Positions 47,322 through 57,767 of a stretch of DNA of 64,000 bases are shown piece by piece. The stretch is from Ascoidea asiatica JCM 7603 (taxonomy: Eukaryota > Fungi > Ascomycota), in contig BCKQ01000004.1 of NCBI GenBank assembly GCA_001600695.1, forward strand, positions 1,188,391 to 1,252,390, read 5' to 3'. Each line of letters opens with the position of its first letter. Positions within the stretch are counted from its first letter, which is position 1. Both the position numbers and the translations under genes were made by a program. Below the pieces are notes generated by a model. It ran no database searches. It was given only the letters and a program-made list of their open reading frames with translations, and was not told the DNA's origin.

Positions 47322-49328
47322 ATGACTGTACTTTCAACAACTTTAGATCAAAGAAATGGTGTTTCAAATAATCCATCTGAAAATGTATCTGAATTTGAAG
47401 ATGATGAACAAATTATAAATATTCATCCAAAACCAAATTCAAATTTATTAAATTTATCAAATTTATCAATTTCTGATTTTAATAAAAATTCAAGAAATGA
47501 ATCTTTTGGTTATTGTAAAAGAATTCCAATTGGTTGGAAAGCTGAACTGTTATATAGTAATAGAAAACCAAAATCAACAAGATTATCTGTTGATGGTTCA
47601 ATTGAATGTGATTTAAAAGGTTTTCAAATTTTAAATTCTCCTTTATTTAATAAAGGTTCTGCTTTTACTTTAGAAGAAAGAATTGCTTTTGAATTAGAAG
47701 GTCTTTTACCTCCTCAAGTTAATACTTTAGATGAACAAGTTGAAAGAGCTTATAAACAATTATCAATGTTAAGAACTCCATTAGGTAAAAATGATTTTTG
47801 TACTTCAATGAGACAACAAAATAAAGTTTTATTTTATGAATTAGTTAGAAGACATATTAGAGAATTATTACCAATAATTTATACTCCAACTGAAGGTGAT
47901 GCAATTGCTGCTTTTTCTCATCGTTTTAGAAAACCAGAAGGTTGTTTCTTAGATATTTCTGATCCTGAATCAATTGAAAGAAGAATGTCTGTTTTTGGTC
48001 AAGATAAAGATGTTGATTATATTGTTGTTTCTGATGGTGAAGGTATTTTAGGTATTGGTGATCAAGGTGTTGGTGGTGTAAGAATTGCAATTTCAAAATT
48101 AGCTTTAATGACTTTATGTGGTGGTATTCATCCTGGTAGAGTTATTCCTGTTTGTCTTGATGTTGGTACAAATAATAAATTATTATCTGAAGATGAATTA
48201 TATATGGGTAATCGTTTTCCAAGAGTTAGAGGTGAAGCTTATGATGCATTTTGTGATAGATTTATTGATGTTATTAAAAATAGATATCCAAATGCTGTTG
48301 TTCATTTTGAAGATTTTGGTGTTTTAAATGCAAGAAATTTATTAAAAAGATATAGAAATAAAATTTCTTGTTTTAATGATGATATTCAAGGTACTGGAGC
48401 TGTTGTAATGGCTTCAATAATTGCTGCTTTAAATTTTACAAATCGAAATTTATTAGATTCTGAAATTTTAGTTTATGGTTCGGGTTCTGCAGGTTTAGGT
48501 ATTGCTGATCAAATTGTTTCACATATGATGACTCATGGAATTTCTGAAATTGAAGCAAGATCAAAAATTCATTGTATGGATAGATATGGTTTAATATTAA
48601 ATTCAATGTCTGAAAATAATTTAGCTTCAAAAGATCAATTAATTTATGCTGATAATGATGATGATTATAAAAATATTAATACAAAATCTTTAGTTGAAAT
48701 TATTGAAAAAGTTAAACCAACTGTTTTAATTGGTTGTTCAACTCAAGCAAGTGCTTTTACTGAAGAAGCTATAAGAATGATGTATAAATATAATCCAAAA
48801 CCAATTGTTTTCCCATTATCTAATCCAACAAGACTTCATGAAGCTGTACCAAAAGATTTAATGGAATGGACTGATAATAATGCTTTAGTTGCAACTGGTT
48901 CTCCATTTAAACCAGTTAATGGGTTTGTATCTTCAGAAAATAATAATTGTTTTTCATTTCCAGGAATTGGTTTAGGTGCAGTTTTATCAAGATCAAAAAT
49001 TATTTCAGATGAAATGGTAAGTGCTGCTGTTGATGAATTAGCAAAATTATCACCAAAAGTTAAAAATCCAAAAGCTGGTTTATTACCACCAGTTGAAGAA
49101 ATTGTTTCATGTGCTTCAAGAATTGCAACTGCAGTTATTTTAAAAGCTATTGAACAAGGTTTAGCTAGAATTGAAAATGAAAGACAACCAGGTACAAATA
49201 AAAATGTTATTGTTCCAAGAGATTTTGATTCTTGTCATGAATGGGTTAAACAACAAATGTGGAAACCAGAATATAGACCAATGATTAAAGTTGAACATAA
49301 AAAAGATATTCATACTCATCAATATTAA
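47322..49328 (+). CDS. MAE1: Malic enzyme (NAD(P)-dependent, decarboxylating)
   Basis: LNSPLFNKGSAF, PIIYTPTEG, DGEGILGIGDQG, HFEDFG, CFNDDIQGTG, GSGSAGLG, PLSNPT. Confidence 0.96.
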   Translation: MTVLSTTLDQRNGVSNNPSENVSEFEDDEQIINIHPKPNSNLLNLSNLSISDFNKNSRNESFGYCKRIPIGWKAELLYSNRKPKSTRLSVDGSIECDLKGFQILNSPLFNKGSAFTLEERIAFELEGLLPPQVNTLDEQVERAYKQLSMLRTPLGKNDFCTSMRQQNKVLFYELVRRHIRELLPIIYTPTEGDAIAAFSHRFRKPEGCFLDISDPESIERRMSVFGQDKDVDYIVVSDGEGILGIGDQGVGGVRIAISKLALMTLCGGIHPGRVIPVCLDVGTNNKLLSEDELYMGNRFPRVRGEAYDAFCDRFIDVIKNRYPNAVVHFEDFGVLNARNLLKRYRNKISCFNDDIQGTGAVVMASIIAALNFTNRNLLDSEILVYGSGSAGLGIADQIVSHMMTHGISEIEARSKIHCMDRYGLILNSMSENNLASKDQLIYADNDDDYKNINTKSLVEIIEKVKPTVLIGCSTQASAFTEEAIRMMYKYNPKPIVFPLSNPTRLHEAVPKDLMEWTDNNALVATGSPFKPVNGFVSSENNNCFSFPGIGLGAVLSRSKIISDEMVSAAVDELAKLSPKVKNPKAGLLPPVEEIVSCASRIATAVILKAIEQGLARIENERQPGTNKNVIVPRDFDSCHEWVKQQMWKPEYRPMIKVEHKKDIHTHQY

Positions 49329-50888
49329 TTATCTGAAAATTTTAACTTTATTGATATCTATCTCATTTTCTCATTTTCTTCTTATCATTTCATTTTTCCA
49401 TTTTTCATTTTTCATTCAATACTTTTTCATAATTTCTCATATGGTACTATATCTATCTATTTCTTTACTTTATTTTTGCATCTTTTATTAAACTTAAAAT
49501 ATTCACTTGTTTTTCTTTAATCTCTTTGTATTTTTCCTACAAGTTTTGGTTAGTTTTTATATTTCTCTTTCATTTTTTATTTTTTCATTCACATAGATTT
49601 TCTACAAAATAAAATTAATAATAATAATAATAATACTTATACCTTTCATAAATGATACAAAATTGTAAAAAACTTGTAATTATTAACAGTATTTATCACT
49701 GTTTATTATATAAATTAAATAAAAATAAAAATTTAAACTGACGCCAGTTTTATGGAACTTCTGATTTTAGTTAAATGTAATTCAATGTATGTATATGTTC
49801 ACGCACGCTTATTACCCAGCGTATTCTATTTTTAAAGTGCGTGACGACAGATTTAGACGAACTGCCTACCACAGCCCGGGTAACTTTCTACTAGCTCTGT
49901 GAACGCCACAATGACAAAAATATTAAAAGGTAAAAATAAATGAAATAGAAATATATTTCATTAGGAAAAAGATAAACAAAAGTGTAAGTTGCAAAAAAAA
50001 ATATCTTTCATTGTGGTCAAAATCATGTTTGTGAAATAACAACAATAATAATAATAATAGATCTTTATCTGCTAAGCATGTGCTTTTGTCGAGTGCATTA
50101 ACCTTAGTCGATGGTGAAAGAGAAGAATCTCTGCTTTCTGGTCTCATTGGTATTTTTAATTATGTCAGTCTGCTAAACTTGGTGGCTGGAAATGCATGAA
50201 AACCAGGCAATGCAACTTCTGAGCCTGAATGATTTATTGGAATAATTGATCTTGAATCATTTCAAATCATTTTAAAGCTTTTCAATATACTCTTTCAAGA
50301 AGTATTTCTTAATTCTTTTGAAATAATAATTTGGTAACTGTGGAGATAATCTAGTTTAACTTAAACGATATTGATATTAATATCGAATCAGTCGAAATCA
50401 TGGATATTAAATAAAAATTAAAGTTATTCATTCATTACGCTCATTACACTTCTAATTATGTCAATAAACTATTAAGAAAAAATGAAGAGAAATAGATCAA
50501 ATAATAATTATCAATTAATTCCTTCTATTTTTTATCAATTTGAAAATAATATAAATAATCCTCGAAATGTTCTTTTTTTTAATAACTTTCAAAATTAATT
50601 TTATTATAAATAATATCAACTCAATTCATATTATTCAATTCAAATTCACTTCAATTTAATAATCTTTAATTGAAAAAAAATTATATATATAATTACTCTA
50701 TCAATCACTTATATTTTCTCAAATCAAATCAAATCAAATCAATTCAATTCAATAAATTTAAAATCAATTATAATTGCATTCACTTTAATCTAAACAAAAA
50801 TAACAAACCCTTAATCACAAATTTCAATTATTAATCATTTACTAATTGAATATCAACATAATATCTTTTCAGTAATAAGAATTTAAAA

Positions 50889-52175
50889 ATGAAGTTATCT
50901 TGTTCAATCTTAACTTCAATTGCTTTATTAATAATATCTTCAAAAGCTGCTTATATTCCTTCTGATCCATGGACAACTTTAACTCCAAGTGATACTTTAT
51001 CAAATGGTTTAACAAATTATGCATCTTCATTCGGTATTGAAATTGTTACAATTTCAAATAATACTTTAGTTAAAAGAGATGTATCTCAAATTACAGATGG
51101 TCAAATTCAAGCTGCAACTTCAACTTCAACAACTTCTATTTCTTTAACTACAATCACTTCTGCAGCTCCAGTAAGTCAAATTGGTGATGGTCAAATACAA
51201 GCTACAACTGCAACACCTGCTCAAGTTGTTTCTCAAATTGGTGATGGACAAATTCAAGCAACAACTGCTACTCCTGTTTCCACTACAGCTGAAGTTGTAA
51301 GTCAAATTGGTGATGGTCAGATACAAGCTACAACAGCTACTACTGTGGCAACTACTGCAGAAGTAGTCTCACAAATCGATGATGGACAAATACAAGCTAC
51401 TACTGCCACTTCTGTCGCTACAACTGCTGAAGTTGTTTCACAAATTGGAGATGGTCAAATTCAAGCTACTACTGCTACCACAGCTCAAGTTGTAAGTCAA
51501 ATTGGAGATGGTCAAATACAAGCAACAACCGCAACCACTGCTCAAGTTGTTTCACAAATTGGTGATGGACAAATTCAAGCTACCACTGCCACCACTGCCA
51601 CCACAGCTCAAGTAGTATCTCAAATCGGCGACGGTCAAATACAAGCAACTACAGCTACAACTGAAACTACTGCTCAAGCAGTTTCTCAAATCAATGATGG
51701 TCAAATTCAAGCAACTACTTTAACTTCATCTTATATCACTCCAACAGCTTCTGCTGCTTCTCAAATAACTGATGGTCAAGTCCAAGCTACAACTGGAACA
51801 ACCTCAACTACATCAACTAATACTGCCTCAACTTCAGATTCCGCAGAAACTATTGGATCATTTTCTCATGATGTTTCATGTAATACTAATTCTACATTAT
51901 CAATGACTTTAAGTAATGGAATTTTATCAGATTCAAAAGGTAGAATTGGTTCAATTGTTGCAAATAGACAATTTCAATTTGATGGTCCTCCACAAGCTGG
52001 TGCTATTTATGCTGCTGGTTGGTCTGTTAATCCAGAAACTGGTTATTTAACAATTGGTACAAATGATGAATTTTATCAATGTTTAAGTGGTAATTTTTAT
52101 AATTTATATGATCAAGATATTGGATCTGTTTGTTATCCTGTTCATTTAAAAATTGTTGATTTAATTACCTGTTAA
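50889..52175 (+). CDS. PIR-family cell wall protein with 11 internal SQIxDGQ(I/V)QA repeats
   Basis: Signal peptide, PWTTLTP, Kex2 KR site, 11 PIR repeats, C-terminal 4-Cys domain [29 protein letters not shown]...LITC. Specific paralogue (PIR1/PIR3/HSP150) not assignable. Confidence 0.95.
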   Translation: MKLSCSILTSIALLIISSKAAYIPSDPWTTLTPSDTLSNGLTNYASSFGIEIVTISNNTLVKRDVSQITDGQIQAATSTSTTSISLTTITSAAPVSQIGDGQIQATTATPAQVVSQIGDGQIQATTATPVSTTAEVVSQIGDGQIQATTATTVATTAEVVSQIDDGQIQATTATSVATTAEVVSQIGDGQIQATTATTAQVVSQIGDGQIQATTATTAQVVSQIGDGQIQATTATTATTAQVVSQIGDGQIQATTATTETTAQAVSQINDGQIQATTLTSSYITPTASAASQITDGQVQATTGTTSTTSTNTASTSDSAETIGSFSHDVSCNTNSTLSMTLSNGILSDSKGRIGSIVANRQFQFDGPPQAGAIYAAGWSVNPETGYLTIGTNDEFYQCLSGNFYNLYDQDIGSVCYPVHLKIVDLITC

Positions 52176-52964
52176 TTAACTTAACTTACTTTATTCTTTA
52201 TCTTATTCTTTTTTGTCTTATTTTTTTTGGTTTTTAATGGTTCTATTTTATCAGTAATTTTTTTATACTGATTTTAAATATTATTTGTCATGGTTATGAT
52301 ATTTTTTTGGTGATTCTAACAGGGTTAATTTCTCATTCCAAATTTTTTTTATTTTTTATTACTATTTCTTTGTTTTAAAACATTTAAAGGCAAGGTCGGC
52401 TGCATTTATGGATTAGAATTTCTAATAATATTACTTTTTTTTTTCTTCTTTCTTATCTTTTAATTCATATAGATATATATTCAATACATTTAGCTTTATA
52501 ATTAAAGCTTTTGCAAAATAATTAATTGTAGTATTTTTATTATTTATTTAAAACTGTATAATGTAAATAAAGTTTAGAATGATAGAAAATTAAGATTTAA
52601 GTTTAGGTATTGCTAATAAAGATTTAGATCTCTTATCCGTGATCCGGGCCATGGAGCTAGTTTTGAATTATTAAAGTTTAAATATATAAAAAATGAGCAA
52701 TCATCAAAAATCATAGCAAATAAAAAATGAAATGAAATAATTATAGAACTAAAAAAGGATAAAAAGAAGATAATAAATATTTTTTTGTTAATTAATTGTT
52801 ATTTAATTATTGATAAATTGTTATTTAATTGTTGATTGATTAATTGTTACTAATCTAAGATGATTTATATATATATATATTTATATGTTTATTTAATAAA
52901 ATATATTAAAAATACAGTTTACTATCAATTTTGTCAAATAATAGGTTATTTTTATATATATAAA

Positions 52965-53735
52965 ATGGAATTTGGTGAATTATTTATAGATTTTAAAATT
53001 TCAATTAATGAAAAAGAATTTAAATTAGATAAATATGATATAATCAAAGGAAATAAAAAGAATGAAATGAATGAGAAAGATAATGAAGATGATAAAAATG
53101 CCAAGAAACGAAAAAAAGTAAAAAATTTAGATAAAATTAATAAATTACCAACAAGAGATAAATTAATTAAAGAAATTAAAAGAATAAGAACAAAAACTCA
53201 AAAGAAGAATAAAATTTTTAAAGTTTTAAAAGTTAAAGTAAATTCAAATTTAAATTCAAATTCAATTTCAAATTCAAATTCAAATTCAAATACAATTTTT
53301 AAACCATTTAAATTAATTGGTGAATCATTTTTAAATCCAAATAGAAATTCAATTTTTAATTCAAGTGATATTAATATTAATTTAAATAAATTAAAAAATG
53401 AGAATTTAATTATAAAAACTTTAAATTTTAATACATTGAAAAGAATTTTTATTAATAATAATAATAAAAATATTGAAGATTTTAAAAATTTTAAAAGTTT
53501 TAAAATGGAAAATGATAAAAATGATATTTTTTTAAAAAATTATAGAAATGAAGTAACTAAAGATATTAAAAGGTTTAATAATATAAAATTATCAATTTTT
53601 AAAAAGGAAAATGATTTAAATATCAATGAAAATGGATATTTTATAAGAACTTTGGAAATGAAAAAAGAGAAAAAAAATGTTCTTTTAAAGAAAGCAATTT
53701 TTAGAAGTTATTTACAAAAAAAGTTTGAAAAGTGA
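52965..53735 (+). CDS. Hypothetical Lys/Asn-rich protein (ORF open from 52860; likely start at aaaATG 52965 or a spliced 5' end)
   Basis: >770 nt open frame in very AT-rich DNA, KKRKK NLS-like motif; family not recognised. Confidence 0.6.
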   Translation: MEFGELFIDFKISINEKEFKLDKYDIIKGNKKNEMNEKDNEDDKNAKKRKKVKNLDKINKLPTRDKLIKEIKRIRTKTQKKNKIFKVLKVKVNSNLNSNSISNSNSNSNTIFKPFKLIGESFLNPNRNSIFNSSDININLNKLKNENLIIKTLNFNTLKRIFINNNNKNIEDFKNFKSFKMENDKNDIFLKNYRNEVTKDIKRFNNIKLSIFKKENDLNINENGYFIRTLEMKKEKKNVLLKKAIFRSYLQKKFEK

Positions 53736-54602
53736 AAAATGTAATTTGAGTATGATTATTATCATAAACGGGTATTTATTTGAAGTGAAAAAAGTATTTT
53801 CAAGGGATATAAATAGGTTATACAGTGGATAAAGTATTTTATAGATTTATAACTTGCACCAAATTATATGTCTCTTAAAAATGTGGACATATTTTGGAGG
53901 GGTGTTCTCTTAATTACTCTACTTCTCATAAATACACCGTTAAAAGAGAAGAGACCTGAGTTTTGTCGTTCTTTGAATTACGAGGGTATTTCAGCCATAG
54001 TCACGTTACATTTTAAATGAGGATTGCATGTGACATTAGCTAAGCACTGCTACTTTTTTGTGCTTCAATGGTTCTGGATTAGGAATGTGGATGTGGACAA
54101 AGAAAAGAAGGCCGCTGGAAACGCGGAGAGGCCGTGGAGTAGCAGGTTACCCTGCGGCGAGTGCGTGGCTTCCGAATGTCCACGCCGCGGAGATTCCTAA
54201 TTGAACAGCAGAAAAAGCGACGAGAGCAGCGACTCCAGAGCCACGCCGCCGGGTAACCCTTCCGTGGCCAAACTTCTTCTCCAAACCCAGAACTTCGGTT
54301 CGTTTGCCGTGACTTGACTTTGGCTTTGACTTTGGCTTTGGCTTTGGGTGAGTCGAAACCCACAGAACTGATCTTGAAATATCCAAGCAGAATCAACATA
54401 ATAAACATAATCAAAAGAAAGAAGATAATAAACAAAATAAACAAAATAAACAAAATAAACAACAGAATAAATAATTAAATGAAGCAAAACAAGACAAAAC
54501 AAGACAAAACAAGATAAAACAGACCTGAGAAAGAAAACAGATTCAATTCACCCCCTGAGTTAAAAACTGTTCAAATTTTGTCAATTTCGCAGTTCTCGCA
54601 GC

Positions 54603-54645
54603 CCCCACGAATAATTGCCGATCTTCTCGGCTGCCTCCACCCCAC
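54603..54645. promoter_or_regulatory. Two Mig1-like CCCCAC boxes flanking the palindrome GCCGA-tcttc-TCGGC, upstream of DLD1
   Basis: Minus strand TATTCGTGGGG fits WWWWNSYGGGG; second CCCCAC at 54640; consistent with glucose repression of lactate oxidation. Confidence 0.45.
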
Positions 54646-55130
54646 GAAACCGCAATCTAATCAAAATCTGATAAAAATCGAGTGAAAATGACTTTAATCA
54701 CTGATAAAATAAGTAAATGTAAATAATTGAATCAAGTAAAATAAGTAAATTGGTTTAAATCGATAATAAAATAAATGAAATAATACGAAATAATGAAATA
54801 AAAATAATTAAACTAAAGCCAATTATCAATCAATGATATAGTAGTAATATTACTATGAAAGAAAATTGAAGATATAAATAGTTCCTATTATTCTCTTAAA
54901 TGATAAATTCAATTCAATAAATTTTAATCTATTTTTCATCAATTTTCTTAAATTAATTTCCCCAGACTATTTTTATTCTTATTCTTATTCTTTAATTGCA
55001 TATCTTTATTCATACTTTCATATTCTCATATTCTCATATATTCATATTCGTACTTTCATATTCATATTCATATTCTTATATATAATATAATATAATATAA
55101 TATAATATATATATATATATATATTTCATA

Positions 55131-56897
55131 ATGTTTAATAATATTACAAAAAGAAATATAATTCATTCAAAATCTTTGATAAACTATAATTTAAATAGTA
55201 ATTTAAATAATAGTTTATTCAAAAATAACTATCAATTTAAAAGATTTAATTCAAGTACCAATACTAAAACAAACTCAAATAATAATTCAAATAAATCTAC
55301 TTTTAATAAATTAATTATATATTCTTCATTATTTATTTCTGGTATAATTATTGGTTCATATTCAACAATTAATAAAATTTATAATAATCCTCCAAATGAT
55401 TTATTTCCAAAAAATTCAATAACTAAATTAAATGATTTAAATAAATTAAATTATGGTACAATTAATGATTATGAAATTGCTTTTAAAAAAATTAAAGAAA
55501 TTTTAAATAATAATAATGAATTTTTTTCAACTTCAAAAAGTGAATTAGATAATCATTCTGATACTTATTGGAATAGTCATCATGCTAATGATAATCAAAG
55601 ACCACAAATGATTGTTTGGCCAAGTTCAACAATTGAAGTTTCTAAAATTTTAAAAATTTGTAATGATTATAAAATTCCAGTAACTCCATATTCTGGTGGT
55701 ACTTCTTTAGAAGGTCATTTTATACCAACAAGAGGTGGAATTTGTTTAGATTTAAATAAAATGAATAAAATTTTAAATCTTAATCAAAATGATTTAGATA
55801 TAACTGTACAACCAAGTGTTGGTTGGGAAGATTTAGAAGAATATTTATTACCAAAAGGTTTAAAATTTGGTCCAGATCCAGGTCCAGGTGCTGAAATTGG
55901 TGGTATGATTGCAACTTCATGTTCTGGTACAAATGCTGCAAGATATGGTACAATGAAAGAAAATGTTTTAAGTTTAACTGTAGTTTTAGCTGATGGTACA
56001 ATAATTAAAACAAAAAAAAGACCAAGAAAATCTTCTGCAGGTTATAATTTAACAGGTTTATTTATTGGTAGTGAAGGTACTTTAGGTATTGTTACTGAAG
56101 CAATTTTAAAATTAAATGTTATACCAAAAAATGAAACTGTTGCTGTTGTTTCATTTCCTTCAATTGAAAATGCTGCAAATTCTGTTCAGGATATAATTTC
56201 AAATGGTATTCAAGTTAATGCTGTTGAATTATTAGATGATAAAATGATGAATTGTATTAATAAAAGTGGTGAAACTTCAAAAATTTGGTTGGAAAAACCA
56301 ACTTTATTTTTTAAATTAAGTGGTTCAGATTTAACTTTAAAAGAAATGATTTCAAATGTTAAAAAAATTACAAATAATAATAAAAGTTTAAATTTTGAAT
56401 TTGCAAAAAATGATGAAGAAAAACATGAATTATGGAGTGCAAGAAAAGTTGCTTTATGGTCAACAATTAATTATGGTAAACAATCAAATCCAAATATTCA
56501 AATTTGGACAACTGATGTTGCTGTTCCAGTTTCAAAATTAGCTAAAGTTTTAAAAGAAACTAAAGATGATATGAATAATTCAGGTTTAACTGCAACTTTA
56601 GTTGGTCATGCAGGTGATGGAAATTTTCATGCATTTTTATTATATGATCCAAAAGAAAGAAAAATTGCTCAAGATTTAGTTGATAGAATGGTTAAAAGAG
56701 CTTTAGATAATGATGGTACTTGTACTGGTGAACATGGTGTTGGTTTTGGTAAAAGAGATTATTTAATTGATGAAATTGGTGAAGATCCAATTAGTTTAAT
56801 GAGAAAAATTAAATTATCTTTAGATCCAAATAGAATCTTAAATGCTGATAAAATTTTTAGAATTGATCCAAATGAACCAATTTATGAATATAACTAA
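55131..56897 (+). CDS. DLD1: Mitochondrial D-lactate dehydrogenase (cytochrome)
   Basis: Presequence plus one TM segment, SGGTSLEGH, FGPDPGPGAEIGGM, GLFIGSEGTLG, GHAGDGNFH, GTCTGEHGVG. Confidence 0.95.
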   Translation: MFNNITKRNIIHSKSLINYNLNSNLNNSLFKNNYQFKRFNSSTNTKTNSNNNSNKSTFNKLIIYSSLFISGIIIGSYSTINKIYNNPPNDLFPKNSITKLNDLNKLNYGTINDYEIAFKKIKEILNNNNEFFSTSKSELDNHSDTYWNSHHANDNQRPQMIVWPSSTIEVSKILKICNDYKIPVTPYSGGTSLEGHFIPTRGGICLDLNKMNKILNLNQNDLDITVQPSVGWEDLEEYLLPKGLKFGPDPGPGAEIGGMIATSCSGTNAARYGTMKENVLSLTVVLADGTIIKTKKRPRKSSAGYNLTGLFIGSEGTLGIVTEAILKLNVIPKNETVAVVSFPSIENAANSVQDIISNGIQVNAVELLDDKMMNCINKSGETSKIWLEKPTLFFKLSGSDLTLKEMISNVKKITNNNKSLNFEFAKNDEEKHELWSARKVALWSTINYGKQSNPNIQIWTTDVAVPVSKLAKVLKETKDDMNNSGLTATLVGHAGDGNFHAFLLYDPKERKIAQDLVDRMVKRALDNDGTCTGEHGVGFGKRDYLIDEIGEDPISLMRKIKLSLDPNRILNADKIFRIDPNEPIYEYN

Positions 56898-56911
56898 TAT
56901 TCCAACTTTTT

Positions 56912-56950
<39 letters not shown>

Positions 56951-57767
56951 CATACACAACAACTCTTAAAGCTTGTATAATATCACTCATTTCTATTCTT
57001 TATTTTCTATTTCCATTCTTTTTCTTATCTTCATTACAAATATTCAATATAGATTATCAGATAAATAAAATAAATTAATTTAAAATTTTAAAAAATGTTC
57101 TTGAAGCCAGTTCTGCGGGTCCCGTTTTCCCAACGCAGTCTCCTGTCAAGCAATGCAGTCCCACACCGACCCACCTCTTTTAACCGCCACCCGCAGAAAT
57201 TTGAACTTTAAAAAACCCACCGCCAATTCCAAATTCAAATCTGGGAAAATTTCCAAATGAACACATTTTTTGCTATCTCTTTCCATTTGTATTTATTGTC
57301 TTTATTGTTCATTGTCTTTATTTATTTGCATTTATCTCTGTTTAATCGTATTTATTCGTATTAATCTTAAAAATATATATTTCATCTAATTGCTTTTATC
57401 TCTATCACTTTCAAGCTATCATTCTATCAATTAACAATATTGATATTCCTTGGTTTCTCATTCAAATCAATTGAAAGTAGAATAAAATAAACATTCTTTA
57501 TCAGGGGCTATCTTTATCCAAGGCTAGCTTTATATTTTGCTATATTATCAATATTCAATAAATCAATAAATTAATAAATTAATAAATTAATAAATTAATA
57601 CAATAAATACGATAATCTAATTTAATTATTCAATATATGTTGCTTCAAGCCATATTCATTGCTTTATCATGATTATTATCCTTATTTTCAAATCATTTTC
57701 TGTACAATAATTTAATCTAATTTATTTATTTCATAAAATATTATTTTATAAGAAATAAGATAAATAA

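Noticed and set aside
54079-54502. Three overlapping minus-strand ORFs upstream of DLD1, and similar short ORFs in other GC islands (8504, 31720, 34952, 46224)
   Set aside because: Explained by stop-poor GC-rich or tandem-repeat DNA; codon usage unlike real genes.
7166-56897. ODC, ATO, MAE1 and DLD1 as an organic-acid gene cluster
   Set aside because: Spread over 50 kb and interleaved with unrelated housekeeping genes.
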